From an uncultured Bacteroidales bacterium (GTDB lineage Bacteria > Bacteroidota > Bacteroidia > Bacteroidales > VadinHA17), in contig CAWBQN010000001.1 of NCBI GenBank assembly GCA_963791065.1, positions 3,756 to 67,755 of the forward strand: a stretch of 64,000 nt of DNA, given 5' to 3'. Below are positions 30,086 through 40,359 of the stretch, one piece after another. Made by a program: the position numbers and the translations under genes. The notes under the pieces were generated by a model. The model was given only the letters and a program-made list of their open reading frames with translations, had not been told where the DNA came from and searched no databases. Positions within the stretch are counted from its first letter, which is position 1. The number at the start of each line of letters is the position of its first letter.

Positions 30086-32947
30086 TTATCCATCCATGAC
30101 CCATATTATATGGCCCCCGGAGGATCCAGGGAAATCCCTTTCAAAATTTTTGCTGTACTGCATTTCGGAGGCAACCTGCAGCAGGTCATCCTCTGTAATA
30201 CCTCTGAGATATCTTGTCAGAAAGAGTAACTTTTCGAAGAGATATTCTTTTTTATCAGTCGTCCCGTTTACTATGTTATCGAGCCGCGTTTTCATTGAAT
30301 CCGGAATTCTCCCCGAAACCGAACTATACAACCCAGGATCTGTGCGTGCCATCAGGTTTGCAGCTTCTTCCTGAATTAATTCTTCCGGACTGAAAAGCAG
30401 GGCGGTTACAGATTCAGCCATATCGTTGCCTTCAATCTTGCTGATGCTCCTTAGCGTACAAGCTTTAGTCCATAAACTGAGCCGATTATAATCACAGTTA
30501 ATTATATCTTCAAGAAGCTTTTTCCGGGCCGGCACTTCCCCAGGGTATAAGTAAAAGAGCTCCTTTAGCCGATCTTCATCATACAAAACATTAAGGAGAG
30601 AAATCAATTTTGAGCGAATCGACTCTGACACAATCAGAGATGTCATTTCAACAGCATTGGTGAAACTTTCTTCAGTTTTCTTCTCAACATTCTCCCTTAT
30701 TCTTTCCATGACCCTGGAATCATATGTGAGTGAAAGCAAATCAAAAAGAAACTTGTACCACCTGTCTGTTTCCCGGATTATCTTTTCGAGAAGAAAATTA
30801 TCTTCATCCCTTTCAAATGCGACCCTGGCTGAAATATTCCACGCAATGATCCCGATAATATCGGAGATAAGTTGATGCAGGCGGTTCTTATCTTCCCCGG
30901 ATGGCCGGAACTTACAGTCAATAAGACATTTAATAGCAACCTCTTTTAACTGTCTTGAATTTGCCCATAGCCTGGAAAACAAGAATTCCATAGTCTCCTT
31001 TGTGCAGTTTTTGCCCAGGAGCCTGAGGACTATTTTGCTTAACCTGACATTTCCTGAGGTTTTAAGATAATATCTCATCAATACATTTTCAGAATAATTG
31101 CCAAAACTCTTAAGGACTTCGGCAGAATCATTTGCCAAACCAGGTACAATAAGGCATTCACATACTTCGGATAATAAATCACTTAACCTGAATTTCCCAA
31201 TCATGTAAATTGCCAGTCGCTTTGATTCGATCGATTTATCCCTTAAAAGTCTCAGGACCTCTGTTGTCTGAGGCATTCTGGTTCCTGCAAGCATCATTAT
31301 CGCATCATTGATCTTATCATCGCCATTATCCGAAGAAGCTGAATTCTTTTTAAGAAGCTCAACAACATCAGCAGAGTGTTGTCTGACTTCTTCATCCAGC
31401 CCTGAATTATTTGAAGCTTTTTTCAAAAATGGCAGAAGATTAATATCCTTCTTTGAATAGGCATAATCAATTACTTCTTCAAAATAAAACTTATTCGAAA
31501 CTGTACCCAGGACCGAATAATTACCTGAAATAAGACTGAAATAATCCGTTTTAAAATCGAGACGGGCAGAAAACCTGTTATTCAGGGCATTCTGTTTTTT
31601 TGGTCTGTCAATTGACGATACATCCGGAATATCCGTTTCAGTTACTTTTAAAATGGAATTCCTGTACTCTATGAATAATCTGAAAGCTGTTACTATCCAA
31701 ATTATTGAAATTATTAAAAGAATTATTGAGAAATGAACAATTTTAATGAATCCAAACAGGCCAGGAATTATCAGAATAATCCCCGAGATCAACATGGCAG
31801 TTTCATTGAAGGTGCCATTCATTACCGATTGCAGGCCAAGACTCAATTCCTCCTTTATTGACTGATAAAAGACTTTAAATGAAGCGATTTCCATAGAATC
31901 CTTCAATGACTTTGAGAAAATCCTGCTAAGGGCCAGAAGAACGAAGAATATTAAAAATCCGCCTGATGCAACAGGTGTATTACCCGTGATTAGTCCGCTT
32001 ATAACTGCCAGTGCAGTGATCAATGCAATAAGTAACGGAGGGATCAGGAGGCAATACCGAAGTCCGTAGTTACGCATAACGAATGGATAACCAACCAGTT
32101 TAAAAAACAAAAGGATGATCATCATGCCTCCGGTCAAAAAGCCAAGAAAGCCTGCCATATCCTCCGCTACAGGATATTCTACCCTTGTAACTGCCATAAA
32201 TGAATATTGTATGAAAAAGACAGCTAAGACGGAAAGACCGGCAAATATAACCAGCATTCTTATTAAAGGATCTTTTCGTAAATGAACGAGTTGAGTTATC
32301 GCTTTGTCAGGCTCTTCAGGAAAACCATCGTTCTCAATTTCAGACAGGCCGGATCTTGTAAGTGTCAGGCGCTGAATAACTGCTGCAACTAAAACAGAGG
32401 AAGCACTAATCAGTAAGAGATCGCGGGATTGTAATTTAAATATCATCAGGACAGGTACAACAAAAGAAATTATCATTATTCCGCTGATAAGACCAATATC
32501 AGGGAGCCGGAAGATTTTATTCTCATGTTGCCCCGCTGCCAGCCTGTCTGTTGTTCCCCGAAATACTGACAGCATCATAAAATTGAGTGGTCCCAGCAAA
32601 ATAAAAACCAGGAATGTCATCCATTTTTGCGGTGAGAATATCAGGAGGCACCAGAGGAAAAAAGTAACCACTCCTGCTATCATAAGATTAAGGAATGCAA
32701 GGTTACTGAAATGTATTATTCTCTGAAGCCTTGAATAAAGTAATGTGATTAAAATGCCGGCAAAACCGGAAACCATATATCCGCGTGCCATCATCTTTTC
32801 ATCAAAAGTCGTGAGTAACAAAGAGTGGGCGGTTATGTCAAAAGCTCCGATAAAAATCCCAAGGAAAACCGATTGTGTCAGAAGCATTGATATCATTGAC
32901 CCCTCGCCTGATCGAGTTTGAGGGAGAGTACGTAACTTATCTCTCAT
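30086..32947 (-). CDS. polytopic membrane protein (MFS/nucleotide-transporter-like, about 12 TM) fused to HEAT/ARM-like repeats; the C-terminal module appears frameshifted
   Basis: 953 aa. The N-terminal 440 aa are TM-rich (..SVFLGIFIGAFDITAHSLLL..). The C-terminal 500 aa are an alpha-helical repeat. The last 50 aa look like the start of a cNMP-binding-type domain, which continues out of frame to 29907. Confidence 0.7.
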   Translation of the reverse strand: MRDKLRTLPQTRSGEGSMISMLLTQSVFLGIFIGAFDITAHSLLLTTFDEKMMARGYMVSGFAGILITLLYSRLQRIIHFSNLAFLNLMIAGVVTFFLWCLLIFSPQKWMTFLVFILLGPLNFMMLSVFRGTTDRLAAGQHENKIFRLPDIGLISGIMIISFVVPVLMIFKLQSRDLLLISASSVLVAAVIQRLTLTRSGLSEIENDGFPEEPDKAITQLVHLRKDPLIRMLVIFAGLSVLAVFFIQYSFMAVTRVEYPVAEDMAGFLGFLTGGMMIILLFFKLVGYPFVMRNYGLRYCLLIPPLLIALITALAVISGLITGNTPVASGGFLIFFVLLALSRIFSKSLKDSMEIASFKVFYQSIKEELSLGLQSVMNGTFNETAMLISGIILIIPGLFGFIKIVHFSIILLIISIIWIVTAFRLFIEYRNSILKVTETDIPDVSSIDRPKKQNALNNRFSARLDFKTDYFSLISGNYSVLGTVSNKFYFEEVIDYAYSKKDINLLPFLKKASNNSGLDEEVRQHSADVVELLKKNSASSDNGDDKINDAIMMLAGTRMPQTTEVLRLLRDKSIESKRLAIYMIGKFRLSDLLSEVCECLIVPGLANDSAEVLKSFGNYSENVLMRYYLKTSGNVRLSKIVLRLLGKNCTKETMEFLFSRLWANSRQLKEVAIKCLIDCKFRPSGEDKNRLHQLISDIIGIIAWNISARVAFERDEDNFLLEKIIRETDRWYKFLFDLLSLTYDSRVMERIRENVEKKTEESFTNAVEMTSLIVSESIRSKLISLLNVLYDEDRLKELFYLYPGEVPARKKLLEDIINCDYNRLSLWTKACTLRSISKIEGNDMAESVTALLFSPEELIQEEAANLMARTDPGLYSSVSGRIPDSMKTRLDNIVNGTTDKKEYLFEKLLFLTRYLRGITEDDLLQVASEMQYSKNFERDFPGSSGGHIIWVMDG

Positions 32948-33097
32948 AGATGGCCCCGTTACAAATTATAACATACTAAATTAACATTTTAAATTGACAG
33001 AGTAATCAATCCTTCTACATTTTGAACCATTATTTATTGAATTAAATTATGGTGATACTGAATGAGATACCTCTTTCTGTTCTGTGCCGGAATGTAT

Positions 33098-33624
33098 TCA
33101 GATGTTTAGCCTGGATTTAACAAGAGAAACTAACAGGTTGATATCAAGATCAATTCCCTGAATGATTATGTCGGACCTGTCGTACCATTTTTCGCGATCC
33201 CTAAGCTTTTCCTCAATGAAATCAATGAGGTTCTTTTCATCTAAATCTTTTATTAATGGTCTTTTGCCTTTTGAATCTGAAAGCCGGCTCCTAGCTCAGC
33301 CGGTGTAAGCTTAAGGTACAGGGTAAGCCCCGTCTTAAGCATGAAATTCATATTGTCGCTGTGGCACGGTGTACCGCCACCGGTAGAAATAACCGTGTCT
33401 GACCCGGTTTTCAGGTTTCTGAGCAGCTTAGTTTCAATTTCGCGGAAATAATTCTCACCATCCTGCGAAAAAATTTCCGGGATGGTTTTTCCGGTATGTT
33501 CTTCAATTTTTTTATCAAGGTCGATAAATGACCAGCCTATATGAGAAGCAATCTTTTTTCCTGCGGTTGATTTTCCGCTCCCCATAAAGCCGATTATGTA
33601 TAAAATATGGTTCCGGGCTGTCAT
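33098..33624 (-). pseudogene. aroK: shikimate kinase interrupted by a 1-nt frameshift near 33292
   Basis: ORF 33253..33624 has IIGFMGSGKST and ISTGGG, then loses the frame after LKLTPAEL. The adjacent frame continues as SRLSDSKGKRPLIKDLDEKNLIDFIEEKLRDREKWYDRSD... to a stop at 33098-33100. Confidence 0.8.
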
Positions 33625-36230
33625 AGCTCAAGCTTCATCTGTGCAGGATCGTTGTGGATGGCCGGTGGCTGAGCTTCTTCCTCCGGTTTCACTTCTTTAT
33701 GTATCTCAACCTCCTTTTTAATAATGGGTTCAATCTCCTGGATATTCTCCACCAGGTAGCTGGTCATCCTTTTCCCTTTGGCTTTGTAGCTTTTAATGCC
33801 AATGAATTCAGCAACTTCAATTATCTCATTATCCCTGCTCTTATGCTTGCCTCCAAAATAAATTTCAAAGCGCGGATATTCTACTTCCGTCATACTGATG
33901 AGCTTTGATTCGGGATTTTCATTAATGAAACACAGTGGTTTTTCGGACTCTTCAATAATAAATCGTTTCACATAATAATACTTCTGTTCTGCATCCCAGT
34001 AAATTACCGAATATACTTTTCCGGGCCTGAATTTTTCAATTATAAGTATATTATCTTCAAAATGATTTGAAAGATCGAAACCTGCAACTCTGAAATAGCC
34101 GTTTTTAGTAATTACAAGTATTTTATCATCGGCGCTGAATTCACCCAGAAATGGTCCCCGGCCGTCAACATTAAGTCTGAAGACCGCATCATCAAACCAT
34201 ATCTTTCGTCCTCCAAGAGTTGAAAGACCTTTTTCTTTAAGACTTATTTTTTGAACAGCGTTTTTTGTAAGGATATTGCCCATAGACGATTTCCCCTTTA
34301 TATTGAGCTGCCCGAAATCAAATTCGAATACAAGTTTCTTAAGCCTTGCTTTCGGTTTGTGATGAACTTTTATTACTTCAGCTTCACCATTTGGGTTAGC
34401 ACTTAAATATACAATTTTTGAACCCGGTGTTCCTCTTGTGAGATTATACTCTTTATCGCGTGTGAGGCCTGAAATTGCGCACCGTTTTGTGAGTAACGGC
34501 CCATCCTTTCCATCCTGATATACTATATTGTAGATTGTGCGCTCATCATTTTTAAGAAAGATCTGTGCATAAAGAATATCATTCCCGACAAATACCTTAT
34601 CGGCCACTTTTGTTATCAGGTAAACGCCATCTTTTCTGATAACAATAACATCGTCAATATCAGAGCAATCGCAAATAAATTCATCTTTTTTCAAACCGGT
34701 GCCGATAAATCCTTCCTTATAATTGATATAGAGCTTCGCATTATTTGCCACTACCTTGGTAGCTTCAATTGTATCAAAGCTTCTTAACTCCGTTTTTCTC
34801 TCCCTGCCTTTACCGTATTTTTTCTTTATCTGTCGGAAATAGTTGATTGTGAACGGAATAATATTCCTGAGATGATTCTTGACCTCTTCAAGCTCGGTTT
34901 CAATTCCTTTTATATGTTCATCAGCTTTTTTTACATCGTATCTTGAGATCCTTTTGATCTTTATTTCAGTAAGCTGAATAATATCTTCCCTTGTAACTTC
35001 CCGTAACAAAAGTTTTTTGAAAGGATCAAGCCCTTTATCTATTGCAACAATTACAGCTTCCCATGTTTCACATTCTTCAATATCGTGATAGATCCTCTCC
35101 TCAATGAATATCTTTTCGAGTGATGACATATGCCATTCCTCCTGCAGTTCACCGAGTCTTATCTCAAGTTCTTTTTTAAGGAGGTCAACGGTCCTGTCAG
35201 CTGAATGTTTCAGTATAGAGCTGACACCCATAAACGAAGGTTTATCATCGACTATAACACAGGTATTCGGTGAGATTGAATATTCGCAGTCGGTAAGGGC
35301 ATAAAGTGCGTCGATTGTTTTGTCGGGCGAAACGCCTGCCATTAAATGAACGACAATTTCCACATTTGCCGAGGTATTATCATCGATCTTTCTGATCTTG
35401 ATTTTCCCTTTTTCATTTGCCTTGATAATTGATTCTATGAGAGAACTGGTTGTCTTCCCGAATGGGATCTCTGTTATGATAAGAGCCTTTTTTTCAACTT
35501 TCTCGATCTTTGCCCTGACTTTAATTACTCCGCCGCGTTGTCCATCGTTATACTTTGATACATCCACCATTCCTCCTGTCGGAAAATCAGGATAGATAAT
35601 AAATTCCTTGCCCTGCAGATAGTCAATAGTGGCGTCGATGAGTTCATTGAAGTTATGCGGAAGAATTTTTGAAGCCAATCCTACAGCTATGCCTTCAACA
35701 CCAAGTGCCAGAAGCAACGGAAATTTCACAGGAAGTGTCACAGGTTCTTTATTCCGGCCATCATATGATAATTTCCACTCGGTTGTCTTAGGATTAAACA
35801 CCACCTCGAGCGCAAATTTTGAGAGCCGGGCTTCAATATATCGTGGTGCGGCGGCTCCATCACCTGTGAGCAGGTTCCCCCAGTTACCCTGAGCATCGAC
35901 CAGGAGGTCTTTTTGTCCCAGCTGAACAAGTGCATCACCTATTGAAGCATCTCCATGAGGATGGAATTGCATGGTATGCCCTATGATATTTGCCACCTTA
36001 TTGTACCGCCCGTCATCCATTCGTTTCATTGAATGAAGTATCCGGCGCTGCACCGGTTTCAATCCATCGTGCAGGTGCGGTACGGCTCTTTCAAGAATAA
36101 CATAAGAAGCATAATCAAGGAACCAATCCTGATACATGCCCGACAGGGCTGTTACTGAATGAAGCGCTACAGGTCCCGGCGGAACGATTTCTTTTCCCTC
36201 AATGTTGCTGATTTCAATATCTTCATCCAT
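33621..36230 (-). CDS. parC: DNA topoisomerase IV subunit A (GyrA/ParC family)
   Basis: 869 aa. It has DGLKPVQRRIL and the catalytic AAPRYIEARL region. It is paired with the upstream ParE-size B subunit, and its stop overlaps the aroK start (ATGA). Confidence 0.88.
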   Translation of the reverse strand: MDEDIEISNIEGKEIVPPGPVALHSVTALSGMYQDWFLDYASYVILERAVPHLHDGLKPVQRRILHSMKRMDDGRYNKVANIIGHTMQFHPHGDASIGDALVQLGQKDLLVDAQGNWGNLLTGDGAAAPRYIEARLSKFALEVVFNPKTTEWKLSYDGRNKEPVTLPVKFPLLLALGVEGIAVGLASKILPHNFNELIDATIDYLQGKEFIIYPDFPTGGMVDVSKYNDGQRGGVIKVRAKIEKVEKKALIITEIPFGKTTSSLIESIIKANEKGKIKIRKIDDNTSANVEIVVHLMAGVSPDKTIDALYALTDCEYSISPNTCVIVDDKPSFMGVSSILKHSADRTVDLLKKELEIRLGELQEEWHMSSLEKIFIEERIYHDIEECETWEAVIVAIDKGLDPFKKLLLREVTREDIIQLTEIKIKRISRYDVKKADEHIKGIETELEEVKNHLRNIIPFTINYFRQIKKKYGKGRERKTELRSFDTIEATKVVANNAKLYINYKEGFIGTGLKKDEFICDCSDIDDVIVIRKDGVYLITKVADKVFVGNDILYAQIFLKNDERTIYNIVYQDGKDGPLLTKRCAISGLTRDKEYNLTRGTPGSKIVYLSANPNGEAEVIKVHHKPKARLKKLVFEFDFGQLNIKGKSSMGNILTKNAVQKISLKEKGLSTLGGRKIWFDDAVFRLNVDGRGPFLGEFSADDKILVITKNGYFRVAGFDLSNHFEDNILIIEKFRPGKVYSVIYWDAEQKYYYVKRFIIEESEKPLCFINENPESKLISMTEVEYPRFEIYFGGKHKSRDNEIIEVAEFIGIKSYKAKGKRMTSYLVENIQEIEPIIKKEVEIHKEVKPEEEAQPPAIHNDPAQMKLEL

Positions 36231-36262
36231 AGATTAACTCACACTTCATTATCGCTTTTCCA

Positions 36263-38107
36263 CTACTTATCCTCTTCCACAATATCTTCTTCTATCCTCA
36301 GATTTTCAATTATGAAATCCTGCCTGTCAGGTGTATTTTTACCCATAAAGAATTCCAGGAAACCATTCACAGAATCGTTCTTCTTCATTCTTACCGGTTC
36401 GAGCCTCATATCTTTTCCAATGAAATTTTTGAACTCATCAGGAGAGATCTCACCGAGGCCTTTAAATCGTGTAATCTCGGGAGCCGGACCAAGGGCTTTA
36501 AGGGCTTTGGCTTTCTCGTCCGGTGAATAACAATACCTTGTATCCTTTTTGTTTCTTACCCTGAAGAGAGGGGTCTGGAGGATATAAACATGACCCTTTC
36601 TTACGAGGTCGGGAAAGAATTGAAGGAAAAAGGTCAGCAGCAGAAGCCTTATATGCATACCGTCGACGTCAGCATCGGTAGCTACCACTACGTTATTGTA
36701 CCTGAGATTTTCGATTCCGTCTTCAATATTAAGTGCAGCCTGCAGGAGGTTAAATTCCTCATTCTCGTAAACAATTTTTTTCGTAAGGCCGAAAGAGTTC
36801 AGAGGTTTCCCACGAAGGCTGAAGACTGCCTGTGTCTCCACGTTTCTCGATTTGGTAATCGATCCGCTTGCTGAATCGCCTTCCGTTATAAAAATTGTCG
36901 AATCAAGCTTATTTGCATCATTCGTATTATAATGTATACGGCAATCCCGAAGCTTTTTATTATGCAGACTCACTTTCTTTGCTCTGTCTCTTGCCAGCTT
37001 TTGGATCGACGAAATAGCTTTCCTCTCTTTTTCGGAGTCCTGAATTTTTTTAAGTATTATCCGGGCTGTTTCAGAATTTTTATGCAGGAAATCGTCTAAC
37101 TGCTTCTTTATGAATTCACTAATAAAATTTCTGACTGAAGGGCCCTCCGGCCCCATATCTTTTGATCCCAGTTTTGTCTTTGTTTGTGATTCAAAGATCG
37201 GCTCTTCAACTTTTATACTTATAGCTGCAATTATTGATGAACGGATGTCCGAAGCGTCATAATCTTTTTTATAAAAGTCGCGGATCGTCTTAACGATCGC
37301 TTCCCTGAAGGCAGTCAGGTGTGTGCCTCCCTGTGTTGTATTCTGGCCGTTGACAAAACTGTAATAATCTTCACCGTACTGAAGGCCATGGGTAAACGCG
37401 ATCTCAATATCTTCTCCCTCAAGATGGATGATAGGGTACAGACCCTCCTTGTTCATATTCTCATTAAGAAGATCTACCAGACCATTGCGTGAGAGAAACT
37501 TATTGCCATTAAAGTTGATCACGAGTCCGGAGTTAAGGTATACATTGTTTTTAAGCATCGTATCCACATACTCCGATATGTAATAGTAGTTGCCGAACAG
37601 TTCCTCATCGGGCCGGAAGATCACCTCAACTCCATTTTCTTCAGTTGTCGGCTGAAGTGGATGATCGGCTAATGTTCTTCCGTGCTCAAACTCAATGACT
37701 TTGATCTGTCCGTCACGTATGGACCGTATTACAAATTTACTGGATAAGGCGTTTACGGCCTTTACACCTACTCCGTTAAGGCCCACTGATTTTTTAAAAG
37801 CTTTTGAATCATATTTTGCCCCGGTATTCATCTTGGATACAGCATCAAGCACCTTTCCGAGAGGAATTCCCCTTCCCCAGTCACGAACACTGACCTCCTT
37901 CCCATTGATGGATACATCAATTTTTTTTCCGTATCCCATCATATACTCATCAAGGGCATTATCCATTACTTCCTTGAGAAGCACATAAACACCATCATCC
38001 TGTGAAGACCCATCACCCAGTTTCCCGATATACATACCGGGTCTCAGGCGGATGTGCTCTCTCCACTCAAGAGTTTTAATATGTTCTTCCGTATACCCAA
38101 CTGACAT
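36263..38107 (-). CDS. parE: DNA topoisomerase IV subunit B (GyrB/ParE family)
   Basis: 614 aa with [16 protein letters not shown], a GHKL ATPase domain, a Toprim domain ([10 protein letters not shown]) and PLRGK-like SLRGKPLN. Its short length fits ParE rather than GyrB. Confidence 0.88.
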   Translation of the reverse strand: MSVGYTEEHIKTLEWREHIRLRPGMYIGKLGDGSSQDDGVYVLLKEVMDNALDEYMMGYGKKIDVSINGKEVSVRDWGRGIPLGKVLDAVSKMNTGAKYDSKAFKKSVGLNGVGVKAVNALSSKFVIRSIRDGQIKVIEFEHGRTLADHPLQPTTEENGVEVIFRPDEELFGNYYYISEYVDTMLKNNVYLNSGLVINFNGNKFLSRNGLVDLLNENMNKEGLYPIIHLEGEDIEIAFTHGLQYGEDYYSFVNGQNTTQGGTHLTAFREAIVKTIRDFYKKDYDASDIRSSIIAAISIKVEEPIFESQTKTKLGSKDMGPEGPSVRNFISEFIKKQLDDFLHKNSETARIILKKIQDSEKERKAISSIQKLARDRAKKVSLHNKKLRDCRIHYNTNDANKLDSTIFITEGDSASGSITKSRNVETQAVFSLRGKPLNSFGLTKKIVYENEEFNLLQAALNIEDGIENLRYNNVVVATDADVDGMHIRLLLLTFFLQFFPDLVRKGHVYILQTPLFRVRNKKDTRYCYSPDEKAKALKALGPAPEITRFKGLGEISPDEFKNFIGKDMRLEPVRMKKNDSVNGFLEFFMGKNTPDRQDFIIENLRIEEDIVEEDK

Positions 38108-38124
38108 CTTGCAGAAATTTTGCG

Positions 38125-38132
38125 CAAATATA
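38125..38132 (-). promoter_or_regulatory. candidate TAnnTTTG -7 box for parE
   Basis: The minus strand reads TATATTTG about 18 nt upstream of the parE ATG. Confidence 0.4.
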
Positions 38133-38310
38133 ACGATTTACAGCAGTCGTTTTAAGTCAATTTTTCAACAATTGAGGTGAATTACAGTTCAGGAAATGCC
38201 GCAATCCTGCAGCAGCTAAAATATTTAGCTGATTAAATGATAATTACAATTTCATGAAAAATGTTGATAAATGCATGAAAGAACATTTCACTCTAAAATC
38301 TAATGAACTC

Positions 38311-38395
38311 ACCCCCCGTCCCCCTTCTAATTCTTAGAGAGGGGGTGTAATGCATTGAATACTAATTAATTTCCCCCTCCCTCTTTACGAATTAG
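38311..38395. repeat. family B C-run/G-run mini-hairpin element, copy 3
   Basis: ACCCCCCGTCCCCCTTCTAATTCTTAGAGAGGGGGTG, then a spacer, then TTTCCCCCTCCCTCTTTACGAATTAG. Confidence 0.6.
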
Positions 38396-38459
38396 CTATT
38401 CTTTATACACATCGTTAATGTAAATTGGAATTATCAGAATTAATTACTGGTCATTTGCA

Positions 38460-38627
38460 GGAGATTCCTCACTTCGTTCGGAATGACAATTTTTTTAAGT
38501 GGTTAAGGGAAGAAGCGGCGATTCGACCAAAAATTAGAATAAATTATGCAATTATCTTCGAATCGCCGCTTCTTCCTCCCTGTTCCTCAGATAAAACGTG
38601 TCATCCCGAACGAAGTGAGGGATCTCC
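38460..38627. repeat. family A nested inverted-repeat element, copy 2 (about 168 nt)
   Basis: The outer arms are 38460-38488 and 38599-38627 (29 nt, 2 non-Watson-Crick positions). The inner arms 38508-38526 and 38558-38576 are perfect (19 nt). It is homologous to 1381-1552. Confidence 0.85.
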
Positions 38628-38901
38628 AAGATGCTTCACGAAAATTTATCATATTAAGCCCCTTCAGGGCTTGATATTAGAGAGTTATGCCAACACCTGG
38701 CTGGCGCCGGAGGCTATTTATAATTGGCTCTTTCAGAGCCAAGCCAATGAAAGACGTGTATAGAGAATAGCTTTTAAAGGAAGTGAAACGTATCGGGCTT
38801 AAATTCAATACATTACATCTAGTTTTGTACTTGACTCTCTCCATATTCTACTGTATTCAACTCCTTAGGTTGATGGCTAAGGGGTTAAAGGTGTGAATCC
38901 A

Positions 38902-40299
38902 TTAATACTCCAGTCCTGCTTCTTTCCTTAGATTTTCAACCGACTTGTCTTTCTTATTATTCTGCAACATCATGTACAGGTAGACCGGTATACCGGCCAG
39001 CATTAATATAAACCCGTACATAACCACTTTTGCCCCTGTACCATAAATTGCATAAATAGAATATCCAAACGCCAGCAATGCAAAAAAGGAATTCTTCAGG
39101 AAACTGAAAAAATTAAAATCTGTTGAATGGTTCTTCAGAAGAACAATATCGGCTGCAGCTGAAAAAGCATAGGCAGGTAAAAAAGCCAGGGTTGCCAGTA
39201 ATAACATAAAATTGAATGCTGAACTCAGTGTACCCATATAGTTCAAAACAAGAAGGATATTCGCTGCCAGACCACTTATTATAAGTGACGTGACCGGCGT
39301 AAGATATTTAGGATGAATTTTGGCAAACATGGGTGGGAAAAGTCTATCCTTTGAGGCGCCATAAGCACTTCTTGCAGTGGTCAGTATCCAGCCTGAAGAT
39401 GCGCCAAGTGCTGATATAATTGCTCCTAAAGCAATAAAGTTTCCACCCCAGGTTCCACCGGTCGCTTTGTTAATAATATCTGCAAGAGGAGCATTTGAAC
39501 TTGCTAAAGTCGATTGATCGAGCACCCCCATTCCCACAATTGAAACGATCACATAAACTGTCGCAGCAATCAGGGTACCATAAATTGTGCTCCTTCTGAT
39601 GTTTTTTTTCGGATCCTTAATTTCTCCGGCCGGAACTGTTGCACTCTCGATGCCAATAAAAGCCCAGAGCGCAATTGCAATTGCTGCTGGTAAAGTATTC
39701 ATACCTGACACTTTAGTGCTTGAAACTGTTGTGAGCATTGCCGGATTAAAATGCAGGGCAGCAATCACAACAAATACTACCAGTGCACCTACTTTCAGGA
39801 TTGTGGTTATTACGCTTACCCTTCCTGCACCTTTAACTCCCAGAATATTTATTACAGTGAAAAACCACAATACACCCGAAGTGATTAAAAACGCTAATAA
39901 TGGAGTTGCAGCACCAGGAACAAAATATGTGAAATAAAGCATGAAAGCTGTAATGATCGCTGCATTGCCCACCCAGGCTCCAATCCAGTATGTCCAGGCT
40001 ATCAAAAATCCTGCAAAATCGCCAAATGCGGCCCTCGTGTAAACTATTGGGCCGCCTGTCCTTGGAATTGCTGTGCCAAGACTGGCAAAGCTTAAGGCAA
40101 TCAATAAAGATCCCACGGAAGTAATTATCCAGGCAATAATGGAAGTTTTTGGATTCGATGCAGCCGCTAATGAGGCAGCAGATGTAAAGATCCCTGATCC
40201 TATACAATTTCCAACAACAATAGCTACTGCAGCTGTGAGACCTAACTCCCTCTTTAATTCAATGTTGTCTGATTTCTTCTCAAATTTGATATTACTCAT
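38902..40299 (-). CDS. APC-superfamily amino acid/polyamine permease
   Basis: 465 aa with about 12 TM helices and the N-terminal VGNCIGSGIF signature. Confidence 0.85.
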   Translation of the reverse strand: MSNIKFEKKSDNIELKRELGLTAAVAIVVGNCIGSGIFTSAASLAAASNPKTSIIAWIITSVGSLLIALSFASLGTAIPRTGGPIVYTRAAFGDFAGFLIAWTYWIGAWVGNAAIITAFMLYFTYFVPGAATPLLAFLITSGVLWFFTVINILGVKGAGRVSVITTILKVGALVVFVVIAALHFNPAMLTTVSSTKVSGMNTLPAAIAIALWAFIGIESATVPAGEIKDPKKNIRRSTIYGTLIAATVYVIVSIVGMGVLDQSTLASSNAPLADIINKATGGTWGGNFIALGAIISALGASSGWILTTARSAYGASKDRLFPPMFAKIHPKYLTPVTSLIISGLAANILLVLNYMGTLSSAFNFMLLLATLAFLPAYAFSAAADIVLLKNHSTDFNFFSFLKNSFFALLAFGYSIYAIYGTGAKVVMYGFILMLAGIPVYLYMMLQNNKKDKSVENLRKEAGLEY

Positions 40300-40359
40300 C
40301 CAATTAAGTCTTATAGATAATTACCTGAATAGACATAAAAAGAATTCAATTTGTTTCCA

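Noticed and set aside
38425-38763. 112-aa plus-strand ORF (..CHPERSEGSP..)
   Set aside because: It is a read-through of the family A element and neighbouring hairpins. It starts at TTG, and its sequence is dictated by palindromic DNA. It has no coding-like features.
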